The translations under genes and the position numbers were made by a program. Positions 44,640 to 52,966 of a DNA stretch of 64,000 bases are shown here, one piece after another. Under the pieces are notes generated by a model. That model did not search any database and had not been told where the DNA came from. It worked only from the letters and a program-made list of their open reading frames with translations. Position 1 is the stretch's first letter; every line of letters begins with the position of its first letter. The stretch covers positions 1,252-65,251 of the forward strand of contig JAZOVZ010000078.1 in assembly GCA_045658965.1 (NCBI GenBank). The letters run 5' to 3'. This DNA is from Eubacteriales bacterium. Its GTDB lineage: Bacteria > Bacillota > Clostridia > Oscillospirales > CAG-272.

Positions 44640-44757
44640 GCCGTAGGTGCTGGCGATCAATGATCGCCCCTACGGCTGTTTTTGTTTGGGTTTTACGTAT
44701 TAAAACCTCAACATAGACACTTGGAGGGGGGGTCAGTGATCGCCAGCGCCTACGACA
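44640..44757. repeat. two GTAGG-type REP-like palindromes
   Basis: CCGTAGGTGCTGGCGATCAaTGATCGCCCCTACGG at 44642-44676 and a half-related GGGGGGTCAgTGATCGCCAGCGCCTAC at about 44728-44754. Confidence 0.75.
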
Positions 44758-44775
44758 ACTATCTATAAAAACAAC

Positions 44776-44812
44776 TAAGGACTGCATCCAAGTGATACAG
44801 TCCTTAATTTTT
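44776..44812 (+). terminator. intrinsic terminator
   Basis: TAAGGACTG...CAGTCCTTA followed by ATTTTT. Confidence 0.75.
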
Positions 44813-44864
44813 GCCCCTATTTGCCGCTAATTCCGCAGCCCGATCGGGCAGTTCCTTTTATCGT

Positions 44865-45851
44865 TTATTCAAGAATCCCCGCGTGCTTAAGCAGCGCAAG
44901 GATCTCCTTTTCGTATTCCTCTTTGTGGTCGAGGTAGCTGAGTCCGTGGGGTGAGCCCTCGAAGATGCACAGACGCTTATATGCGCTCGTGCAGGCGGCA
45001 TAGTTGCGCTCGGAGTTATAGGGGCGCACGAAATCATCGCCTGCACCGTGGGCAAACAGCGTGGGAATCTTGGCTTTTTTCAGCTCCCTTTCCACGTCTG
45101 CCTCACCAAGATATGCGCCGCCGTGCAGCTTGCAAAGCAGCGTTGTCACGGGATATACCAAACCCGCGGGCATGTGCATATCCTCCTTGATGACCTGCAT
45201 GATCTGCCCCTTGGCAGAAGCATAGCCGCAATCACCGATGACCGCCTTGACCTGCGGCGGAATATCGGGCAGGCAGGAAGCCAACAGCACCGTAGCGCAT
45301 CCCATGGACACACCGTCCAGAATGATGCTATGCTGCTCGCCGTAGCGTTCCACCAAATATTTGCACCAATCGCGCACGTCAAACCGCTCTTTGGCACCAA
45401 ACGTCAGATACTTTCCCGCACTCTCCCCGTGCGCACGCTGATACACGATCAGCATGGCAATGCCGCGTTGCTCGTAAAAATCGAACACGCTGCCGAAATC
45501 CATATCCCCCTTGCTGTGGTAACCGTGCACCAAAACAACGGTTGCTTTGGGATGCTCGGGCGCAAACAGCTTGGCGCACAGGCGATGTCCGTCGTGCGAG
45601 GTAATGTAAACCTTTTCATGCGTGGCATTTGCCAGCCTGTCCCAACCGTGCTTGACGATCTCGACCTGCTTGTCATAGCCCTTTGCACGCAAGCCGTCCA
45701 AAAACGCATTTTGCCCACCGGGCGCAGGATCCGAGCGTCCGAACGAGTGCTTGAAAAGCTTATGAATGTACGGTGCGGAAATGCCCACACCCAGGGCGGC
45801 AGCGGCAATCACCGCGCCTGCACCGATCAAGGTATAGTGCAACGCGTTCAC
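44865..45851 (-). CDS. membrane-anchored alpha/beta hydrolase
   Basis: N-terminal TM helix, HGYHS, nucleophile elbow GVSMG, and a late HG..D. Confidence 0.85.
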   Translation of the reverse strand: MNALHYTLIGAGAVIAAAALGVGISAPYIHKLFKHSFGRSDPAPGGQNAFLDGLRAKGYDKQVEIVKHGWDRLANATHEKVYITSHDGHRLCAKLFAPEHPKATVVLVHGYHSKGDMDFGSVFDFYEQRGIAMLIVYQRAHGESAGKYLTFGAKERFDVRDWCKYLVERYGEQHSIILDGVSMGCATVLLASCLPDIPPQVKAVIGDCGYASAKGQIMQVIKEDMHMPAGLVYPVTTLLCKLHGGAYLGEADVERELKKAKIPTLFAHGAGDDFVRPYNSERNYAACTSAYKRLCIFEGSPHGLSYLDHKEEYEKEILALLKHAGILE

Positions 45852-45865
45852 TTACGTTCACTCCT

Positions 45866-47350
45866 TTAACACAAACTGATATTGTATGCATGCGCACCGA
45901 TCACGAAATTGGCTTTCTCTGCGTCGGTTACACGCTCGCCGTTGAAATACAAGCCCTCCACGCGCACGTCCTTGACGCAGTGCGTCTCGTCAAGACCCGC
46001 AAAGATCGACGTCGGCATGGGCAGGGGCGCGTCGGTCAGCACAAAGATATCCTTGAACAGAATATCGTGTGCGCAGCCGTGCAAGCCGTCCTTGGAAAAC
46101 AGCCCCATATCGTAAAGCGCGACGTTGAGCAGAATGGGCTGCTGCGCGGGCACGGTGCTGCGGTATTCCTGCGCATCACTCTGCTGGTGCACGTCTGTTT
46201 GCTGATACTGCGAATACTCCACGCGGATATTCTCAAAGGTCACGTGGTGGATCTCGGCACGGTTATGATGCTGGATATCCAGCTGCATGGTCGAGCCGTG
46301 AATGACGTCGCAATCCGTAAACACGATATTGTAAAACGCGGGCGCGTTGGTTTCCGCACCGATCTCAAGTGCTCTGCCCCAGTCGCACCACAACACGCAG
46401 CCTTCTACGATGATATTGCGGTTGCACATATCGTCCCAGCCGCAGATGCCCTTGATGACCATGCAGTCGTCAAAGTTGCGCAAGAAGCAATTTCTGACGC
46501 TGACACCCGTGCAGTTGAACAGATCAATGCCGTCGGAATTATATCGCCACATGCCAACAGCCTTGACGTTGTCGATCGACACGTTCTCACATCCCGCCGC
46601 AATGATGGCAAAGGACGCGCTGTCACGGCAGATAACGCCCTCGACATGCACGTTTCTGCAGCGATAGAAGCGCAAATTGCCGCGCAGGACGCGATGTGCA
46701 TGCGTAAAGGCGCGGATGCCCTGCTTGTCGCGCGGCATGGGCGCATCGTAATCGTAAGCCAAAAGTGAGGTCTCGCTCGTGCGCTCCTCGCGGCTGCCGT
46801 CAATAATGCCGTGACCCAAAATGCGGATATTCTCGGCACAAATGGCATAGAAAGAGCCGTACACCACCGCTCCCGCGTCGATATACACGGTGTCGTTATC
46901 GGTCAGCTCGATCGACCCGATATGGTGCTCACCTCCCGCAAAGCGATAGGTGGTGCGCAAGCCGTCCACATCCTTGATGGGGTTGACAAACACATGCAAA
47001 GCCCCGTGCGGTCCGTCTGCCTCTACCGTGTACTGACCGCAGCCGGGCAGCGTAAAGGTTGCGGTGCACCCGTCAAGCTTCACCTTGACACCGCGCGAAA
47101 GCGGACGCACCAGCACCTCGGTGGGCGGCGTCTGCCAGGTCACGGTCACGGTTGCAGCCTCGTCCGCCTCAAAGGATACAAAGCCCGCAAGCTCGGTCTG
47201 CTCCAAGGGGCGTTGCTGCCCCGGCCAGCCTCGGTTAAACGGCATGGCGGATACGCGCGCAAGGTACGGCTTTGCCTTTCTTTGATTGACGGTCACGGTG
47301 CAACCCTCAAATATCTCTTGTCCTACGGGAAACACGGGAATTCTGATCAT
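45866..47350 (-). CDS. glycoside hydrolase family 28-like (polygalacturonase/rhamnogalacturonase-type beta-helix)
   Basis: NSDGIDL (NTD motif), NFDDCMVIK (DD motif), ENIRVE (RIK-like). Confidence 0.8.
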   Translation of the reverse strand: MIRIPVFPVGQEIFEGCTVTVNQRKAKPYLARVSAMPFNRGWPGQQRPLEQTELAGFVSFEADEAATVTVTWQTPPTEVLVRPLSRGVKVKLDGCTATFTLPGCGQYTVEADGPHGALHVFVNPIKDVDGLRTTYRFAGGEHHIGSIELTDNDTVYIDAGAVVYGSFYAICAENIRILGHGIIDGSREERTSETSLLAYDYDAPMPRDKQGIRAFTHAHRVLRGNLRFYRCRNVHVEGVICRDSASFAIIAAGCENVSIDNVKAVGMWRYNSDGIDLFNCTGVSVRNCFLRNFDDCMVIKGICGWDDMCNRNIIVEGCVLWCDWGRALEIGAETNAPAFYNIVFTDCDVIHGSTMQLDIQHHNRAEIHHVTFENIRVEYSQYQQTDVHQQSDAQEYRSTVPAQQPILLNVALYDMGLFSKDGLHGCAHDILFKDIFVLTDAPLPMPTSIFAGLDETHCVKDVRVEGLYFNGERVTDAEKANFVIGAHAYNISLC

Positions 47351-47481
47351 GGGAGATACCTCTCTTTTTTCAAATTCGCGGCTTTAATCGAACAGTATAT
47401 TTATATTATAGCACGAATTTTTGCGTTTTGCAACAAATCTTTTAGAATTTGCAAAAAGGAAGCATAAAAAAGCCCGCATCT

Positions 47482-47712
47482 GCGTACCTGCTCTATGGCA
47501 GGTACGCAACGAAATTTGCCCTTTCGGGCAAGTGAAATCGCTTCGCGGTGAATTATTTGCTTCGCAAATGTGAAATGTCCGCTTACGCGGACGTGGGCAA
47601 TTTTCATTTCACATCGAGCAGAGCGAGATATTTCACAATGTGCGTTAGCACATTATTTCACGTTTTGCAAAAGCAAAACATTTCACTATATGCTTTTGTG
47701 CCCGCAAAAGCA
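47482..47712. repeat. hairpin-plus-GTGAAAT/ATTTCAC word array with two-fold symmetry
   Basis: GTGAAAT at 47532 and 47570, with degenerate GTGAATT at 47548. ATTTCAC at 47606, 47630, 47655 and 47690. Intervening hairpins include AATGTGCgttaGCACATT and GTTTTGCaaaaGCAAAAC. Confidence 0.85.
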
Positions 47713-47728
47713 ATGCTTGTCAAGAAAT

Positions 47729-47764
47729 AAGGACGAGGAATTTTTGCAATTCTTCGTCCTTTTC
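47729..47764. terminator. hairpin terminator between the two arrays
   Basis: AAGGACGAgGAAT...ATTCtTCGTCCTT with flanking T-rich tracts on both strands. Confidence 0.65.
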
Positions 47765-47821
47765 CTGTTGGTAGCTATTTTTGATTTTTATACTGCCCTA
47801 TCGCAAGTCTCCTTCACACGC

Positions 47822-48009
47822 GCTTTTGAGGGTGATATTTTTGCTTTGCAAAAGTGATATTCTTATCCTTGTAGGGACAGGCGTCCTCGACTGTCCGCAC
47901 GGCAAAGTGATATTGCCTACGGCAGTGATATTTTTGCTTTGCAAAAGTGATATTTGCGCGATGCGCAAGTGATATTGCGGCTTTGCCGCAGTTTGACGCT
48001 GCGCGTCAA
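47822..48009. repeat. unidirectional hairpin-plus-GTGATAT array (6 words) with an embedded GTAGGG REP
   Basis: GTGATAT at 47832, 47854, 47907, 47925, 47947 and 47969. Hairpins include TTTTGCtttGCAAAA (twice), TTGCGCgatGCGCAA and TGCGGCtttGCCGCA. The REP GTAGGGACAGGCGTCCTCGACTGTCC lies at about 47871-47896. The last hairpin covers the stop codon of the trpB-like gene. Confidence 0.85.
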
Positions 48010-49382
48010 GGCTGAGGCGGGAAGTTTACGAATGCGGCATCAAGCTCTGCGTCGGTGGGGATGTAGTCGCCCATCAGCCCATCGTTGAACTTCTGATACG
48101 CCACCATATCAAAGTAACCCGTGCCGGTAAGACCGAACACGATGGTCTTTTGCTCGCCCGTCTGCTTGCAGATCATTGCCTCGTCGATAGCCGCCTTGAT
48201 GGCGTGTGCCGACTCGGGTGCGGGCAGAATGCCCTCAATGCGCGCAAACTGCTGGGCTGCGGCAAACACCGCGGTCTGCTCAACGCTCTTGGCTTCCATC
48301 AGCCCCTGATCGTACAGCTCGGAGAGCACGGTGCTCATGCCGTGGTAGCGGAGCCCGCCCGAATGGCTGGAGGACGGGATAAAGCCCGAGCCCAGCGTGT
48401 ACATCTTTGCCATGGGGCAAATTCTGCCCGTGTCACAGTAATCGTAAATATAACGTCCGCGCGTCAGGCTAGGGCAGGATGCGGGCTCAACCGCGATAAT
48501 GCGGTAATCTGCCTCGCCGCGCAGCTTTTCACCCATAAAGGGAGAGATCAAGCCGCCCAGGTTGGATCCACCGCCCGCGCAACCGATAATGATGTCGGGC
48601 TTGATGCCGTACTTATCCAGCGCGGTCTTGGTTTCAAGACCGATGATGGTCTGGTGCAGCAGCACCTGATTGAGCACGCTGCCAAGCACGTAACGGTATG
48701 CACCGCCCGATGCGCCCGCAGCTTCCACCGCCTCGGAAATCGCGCAGCCAAGGCTGCCCGTAGTGCCGGGATGCTCCTCCAAGATCTTGCGACCCACCGC
48801 GGTGGTGGTGGAGGGCGAGGGGGTGACGTTTGCGCCGTAGGTACGCATGACCTCGCGGCGGAACGGCTTTTGCTCATAGCTGACCTTGACCATGTACACG
48901 TTGCAATCCAGCCCAAAGTAAGAGCACGCCATGCTCAGCGCAGTGCCCCACTGACCGGCACCGGTCTCGGTGGTCACGCCCTTAAGCCCCTGCATCTTTG
49001 CATAGTACGCCTGCGCGATAGCGGAATTGAGCTTATGGCTGCCGCTGGTATTGTTGCCCTCGAACTTATAATAAATATGCGCGGGGGTGTCCAGCTGCTT
49101 TTCAAGGCAGTACGCGCGCACCAAGGGCGCAGGACGGTACATTTTATAAAAGTCGATCAGCGGCTCGGGAATATCGATATAAGGCGTGGTATCGTCCAGC
49201 TCCTGTCTTGCCAGCTCCTCGCAGAACACCTCGCTCATCGCCTCAAGGGTAATGGGCTTCATGGTGCGGGGATCGATAAGCGGCGCGGGCTTTTTCTTCA
49301 TGTCCGCGCGGACGTTATACCACTGTCTGGGAATTTCATTTTCGGATAAATAAATCTTGTAAGGAATTTCTACGTTTGCCAT
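48006..49382 (-). CDS. trpB: TrpB2-type tryptophan synthase beta-like PLP enzyme
   Basis: Start at MANVEIPYKIYL behind GGAGAAAGG. It has the PLP-lysine motif SGSHKLNSA and GGGSN. The track ORF extends into the leader. Confidence 0.85.
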   Translation of the reverse strand: MANVEIPYKIYLSENEIPRQWYNVRADMKKKPAPLIDPRTMKPITLEAMSEVFCEELARQELDDTTPYIDIPEPLIDFYKMYRPAPLVRAYCLEKQLDTPAHIYYKFEGNNTSGSHKLNSAIAQAYYAKMQGLKGVTTETGAGQWGTALSMACSYFGLDCNVYMVKVSYEQKPFRREVMRTYGANVTPSPSTTTAVGRKILEEHPGTTGSLGCAISEAVEAAGASGGAYRYVLGSVLNQVLLHQTIIGLETKTALDKYGIKPDIIIGCAGGGSNLGGLISPFMGEKLRGEADYRIIAVEPASCPSLTRGRYIYDYCDTGRICPMAKMYTLGSGFIPSSSHSGGLRYHGMSTVLSELYDQGLMEAKSVEQTAVFAAAQQFARIEGILPAPESAHAIKAAIDEAMICKQTGEQKTIVFGLTGTGYFDMVAYQKFNDGLMGDYIPTDAELDAAFVNFPPQP

Positions 49383-49740
49383 TTGGTTGCCTTTCTCCCC
49401 TGCTCTGTCCCGGTCCGTCGGGGAAACGGATCGGGTGCGGAAAAGAAAAAATCCTCCCATCCCGCAATTCAAGATCTGAATGCCGGGACAAGAGAAAACT
49501 CTTGCGGTGCCACCCTGCTTGATAGCCCATGCTATCCGCTCAATCATACGAAACCAGTGCGTTTCATACGCCGATCCCTGTAACGGAGGATCACGCCGTC
49601 GCCTATACATACGATCCCCAAGGGATCATACTTCCCGTTGCCCTCGAAAGTCCATTCGCGCACGCACACTCCGCCGCATCTCACCGCCGCGGCTCTCTGT
49701 CGGGGTGCTCCCCGCACGCTACTCCTCTTTCTCATCGGTT
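49383..49740 (-). promoter_or_regulatory. T-box riboswitch leader, probable Trp (UGG) specifier
   Basis: The minus strand contains AGAGAG and the conserved T-box AGCAGGGTGGCACCGCAAG (plus strand 49501-49519). GAATGGAC is a candidate specifier loop (UGG = plus strand 49652-49654). A terminator hairpin plus U-run lies at plus strand 49441-49493. Confidence 0.8.
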
Positions 49741-49746
49741 TACACT

Positions 49747-49775
49747 ATTGTAGCACTATGTGAAATATTTGTCAA
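49747..49775 (-). promoter_or_regulatory. promoter of the T-box/trpB-like unit
   Basis: Minus strand reads TTGACA, 17 nt ending TGC, then TACAAT. Confidence 0.7.
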
Positions 49776-49875
49776 TAGGTTTTACAGAGATTTCTGCATA
49801 GAATTAACGGAATACTCGTAGGGGACGAGATTTTATATCCGCCCAAACCTGTTGGGAGATTATGTGAGCAAATTC

Positions 49876-50113
49876 TCTCCGTTCTTTTTGGGCAAGGAGC
49901 CGCAAAGAAGAACATATTTGCTTCGCAAATCAAACGGCGTTAAAGAGATTTCGCGCCTGCGGGCGCGACTTGGGACTCTGCCCCGGTTGAGTATTGGATG
50001 CTGAATTGAGAATTCAGCATCAGCTGGCGTCGACTACACTCGCAACTAAAAACAATCTTCACACGCCAGCATCCTTTTCTGAAAAAAGGTCGATCAAAAA
50101 CTTTCGTGAGAGG
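49876..50113 (-). repeat. multi-hairpin intergenic element, third copy with internal insertion
   Basis: Shares AAAGAGATTTCGCGCCTGCGGGCGCGACTTGGG and AAAAACTTTCGTGAGAGG with 34311-34468. It carries an extra palindrome GATGCTGAATTgagAATTCAGCATC. Confidence 0.8.
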
Positions 50114-50158
50114 TTATCGGGGGTGCCGCGTGTTCTCCCCGGCAGCAGAGCAAAATGC

Positions 50159-50176
50159 CCCGCCCTTTCGGGCGGG
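50159..50176 (-). terminator. probable terminator of the large glycosidase gene
   Basis: CCCGCCCtttcGGGCGGG; a short T-run follows on the minus strand. Confidence 0.55.
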
Positions 50177-50191
50177 ACATATATATCGGTT

Positions 50192-52915
50192 TTAGATCAA
50201 ACCGGTTTCCACGAAGCTATACTTGGGCGTATAATAACCGCCTGCGTAGTTGTTCCAGATGCAGCCCTCGTCAAAGAAGTGAGGAGGTGCAACTGCAAGC
50301 AGCTCGCCTGCTACGTGGTGGTGGGGACCCATAAGGTTACGCAGGTTGTTGACCAAGGTCAGCTCGATCTCGTTCTCGCCTGCAACCACGTACTCGGAGA
50401 TATCCACCTCGAAGGGCGTCCACATCACGGTGCGTACGTCCTTGCCGTTGACCTTGACGCGAATGGCGTTAATGCCCTTCTTGTCAAACTTGAGGCAGCA
50501 GGGTGCGCCGTCAAGCGTTACGGTCTTCTTGAGCGTTACCTCACCCGAGAAGAACAGAAGTCCCTGCTTCTCGATCTCCTTGAGAGTCAAGGTCTTGGGT
50601 GCTTCCACCAGCGCAAAGCCGCCCTCGTAGAAGTACGCCTTATTGGGGATAGGCTCAAACTTGCCGTCTGCCTTGACGCCAAAGTCGCCAACGAGATACA
50701 TAGGCTCGATCTCGGTATCAAAGGTCAGCTTGTTCTTTTCAGACTCAAAAATTCTGGACTTCTTGAGGTTCTCATAAGTCTCGTCGGTCTCCTTGAGGTA
50801 AACCTGCAGCTCCAGTACGTTCTCACCCTTGGTGACCAGATCCGCAATGTTGAGCATACGGAAGGAGTGATCGCGGAAGTAGCCGCAATCGGTCTTATCC
50901 ACAGGCTTGCCGTTGAGCGTCATGGTAAAGATCTCGGGCGTTTCGCATGCCAAGAACAGACGCGCGGGTACAACCTCTGCGTTAAAGGTGAATTGGCACT
51001 TGATATCCACGCCTCTGCCAAGCTCGTAAGCTCTCTGCGCTACGTTGAGCACGCAAGCGTTCTCCTGCTGCAGCACGCCGTCAAACCAGTAGGTGCAGGT
51101 ATCCAGCGTCAGCGCGTTATCGGTCATGGATGCAACCTGCCAATCGCCGCACAGGCAAACTTCCTTGAGCGCGCGGGGAGCGGGAGCCTCTGCGTGTGCA
51201 GTACCGTCGTCCACAATGACAAGGCTGCCGTATGCGGGGAAATTATAGGTGCCGTAGAACTCAACCTTCTCACCGGTCTCGATATCGATGCCGTAGCTGC
51301 CAACCTTGAAGTTGGTGGGCTGAGGCTGATCGGTGCTGTTGACGAAGTAATACAGATCAAAGCCGTCATAGTAACGCTTGGTGTAGGTGATGTTGGGATT
51401 ATCGATCAGATCGCAGCCTTCCACCTCGTCCACGGTAACGACCTTGCCGCCCTGTGCCTTGAACTCTGCAAGCAGCTTTTCGGTGTGCGGGAAGTATGCG
51501 ATGTGCTTGGTCAGCACCACGGTGGAGTAGGACTGCTCGCCGATAATGAACTTGCCGTTCTCAACCTTACCGTGACGCTCGATCATGATCTCGTCGCCCA
51601 GGTGATACAGCACGTGCTTTGCATCCAGCTCGTTCATGACGCGGATGATATCGTTGTTATAGTCGCCAAGACCGGTATTGGAGCCGCAGTTGAAGCTGAT
51701 CCATGCGGAGGTCTGGGGATGCATGACAAGGGTATCGTAACGGATCTCGCCCTCTGCAAGCATCATGCCGATGCGGGACATGGCATCGTTGAACACCTTG
51801 TAATCAGCCCACCAAGGCTGCTGGCAGTACATTGCGGGCGGATAGTCTCTCTTACGGATACCGCGCAGCGAATAGCCCTCCAGGTGCTGGCACATCAGAT
51901 TGACACCGCGTACCATCATCCACTCGTAGTTTCTCTTGAGCTCCTCGTGACCAACGTTGTGGCCGCACAGTGCAAAGGTCTCGGAAAGGATCTGCTTCTT
52001 GCCGGTCTGCGCTGCGGTGGAGCAAAGCTGCGCCATGGTCAGGCAGGGGAAAATGGGACGGCACAGCCAGTCCATACCCGGAATGTGATAGTATTCATAG
52101 TGGGGCATACAAGCACCGTTACTGGTCAGCTGCGCCTCTAAGGTTTCCTCCAGTACCAGGTGACCGGTATAGAGCAGACCGTGGGCTTCGCACCAATCGT
52201 AGATCTGCTTATTATAGTTCTTGGAGAACAGCTCGGTGACCAGCTTCCAGAAGTTCATTCTGGTCTGCTGCCACTCGCCTCTTTCGATAAAGAGCTCGAT
52301 CAGGTGATCGTAAATGGGCTCGCCGTACGCCTTTTCGTACTCCTCGGGCAGAATAAAGCTCCACGGAATACCGTTACGGGAGATCTGCGGCTCGTCGGTA
52401 AAGAAGCCGTCAAAGGTGGTGCCGTACTTTGCGTAGTAGGGCTCGTAAATTTCATTGATAAAGTCTGCAATGACCTCACCGTCAAGCGTGTCTACGTAGA
52501 AGGGGTTGACCTCGTAGTAGAAGCAGTAATTTTCAAAGCAGTAAATAACCTCGGGACCTCTGGGATCTTCGAGATCGGGCGTGAACTTTTTCACGCGCAG
52601 ATACTTCTGCTGATACTTAAGACCCTTGCCGTTGACGATACCGCCGCCAAAGCCGGAGGGCCAGCCGTTCTCGTCGTACGCCCATGCGTGCATGCCTCTC
52701 TTGCCTGCCTCGTCGATGGATGCAGATACGTTCTCGAACCATTCTTCACCCATGTACTCGGTCTGCAAGCCGCCGCGTGCGTGCATAAAGAAGCCGCCGA
52801 TGCCCACGTCATCCATCATGCCGATCTGTCTGCGCGTTTCCTCGGTGCGAAGACGCTCGTTCCAGGACCAGAACGGTACGGGACGGTACTTTTTGTCCAC
52901 AAACTTAAAATCCAT
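50192..52915 (-). CDS. large glycoside hydrolase (GH106-like / jelly-roll glycosidase; family uncertain)
   Basis: 907 aa. The N-terminal RPVPFWSWNERL and AWAYDENGWPSG motifs are recalled from alpha-L-rhamnosidase-type GH106-like proteins. It sits near a GH28-like gene. Confidence 0.6.
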   Translation of the reverse strand: MDFKFVDKKYRPVPFWSWNERLRTEETRRQIGMMDDVGIGGFFMHARGGLQTEYMGEEWFENVSASIDEAGKRGMHAWAYDENGWPSGFGGGIVNGKGLKYQQKYLRVKKFTPDLEDPRGPEVIYCFENYCFYYEVNPFYVDTLDGEVIADFINEIYEPYYAKYGTTFDGFFTDEPQISRNGIPWSFILPEEYEKAYGEPIYDHLIELFIERGEWQQTRMNFWKLVTELFSKNYNKQIYDWCEAHGLLYTGHLVLEETLEAQLTSNGACMPHYEYYHIPGMDWLCRPIFPCLTMAQLCSTAAQTGKKQILSETFALCGHNVGHEELKRNYEWMMVRGVNLMCQHLEGYSLRGIRKRDYPPAMYCQQPWWADYKVFNDAMSRIGMMLAEGEIRYDTLVMHPQTSAWISFNCGSNTGLGDYNNDIIRVMNELDAKHVLYHLGDEIMIERHGKVENGKFIIGEQSYSTVVLTKHIAYFPHTEKLLAEFKAQGGKVVTVDEVEGCDLIDNPNITYTKRYYDGFDLYYFVNSTDQPQPTNFKVGSYGIDIETGEKVEFYGTYNFPAYGSLVIVDDGTAHAEAPAPRALKEVCLCGDWQVASMTDNALTLDTCTYWFDGVLQQENACVLNVAQRAYELGRGVDIKCQFTFNAEVVPARLFLACETPEIFTMTLNGKPVDKTDCGYFRDHSFRMLNIADLVTKGENVLELQVYLKETDETYENLKKSRIFESEKNKLTFDTEIEPMYLVGDFGVKADGKFEPIPNKAYFYEGGFALVEAPKTLTLKEIEKQGLLFFSGEVTLKKTVTLDGAPCCLKFDKKGINAIRVKVNGKDVRTVMWTPFEVDISEYVVAGENEIELTLVNNLRNLMGPHHHVAGELLAVAPPHFFDEGCIWNNYAGGYYTPKYSFVETGLI

Positions 52916-52966
52916 TTGAACCTCCCTTGCTATCGGACTCGGTCGCCCGATGCAGATTTATAAAAT

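Noticed and set aside
44577-44854. Direct repeats CAGCCCCATCGGGCAG / CAGCCCGATCGGGCAG flanking the REP-containing spacer as target-site duplications
   Set aside because: Each is itself a small GC hairpin (GCCC..GGGC) near a gene end, and the two are imperfect matches. That is insufficient to argue for a transposition footprint.
49383-49610. N-terminal 76 codons of the track ORF 48006-49610
   Set aside because: This stretch contains the T-box, antiterminator/terminator and U-run. A good RBS precedes the internal Met MANVEIPY, which matches where TrpB2-type proteins begin.
49818-49845. Another GTAGGGG REP (GTAGGGGACGAGATTTTATATCCGCCC)
   Set aside because: It has the GTAGGGG head, but the following sequence cannot form the palindrome. 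It is probably a decayed copy, too weak to call.
49994-52141. 715-aa plus-strand ORF opposite the large glycosidase gene
   Set aside because: This is the same shadow-ORF pattern. The same applies to 21832-23184, 23919-24752, 26180-27343, 28532-29797, 45773-46768, 48150-49349, 53183-54628, 55002-56990, 57536-58273, 59410-60051, 61257-62315, 62573-63436, 873-1766, 15233-16150 and 18645-19469. In each case the opposite strand has the motif-bearing gene.
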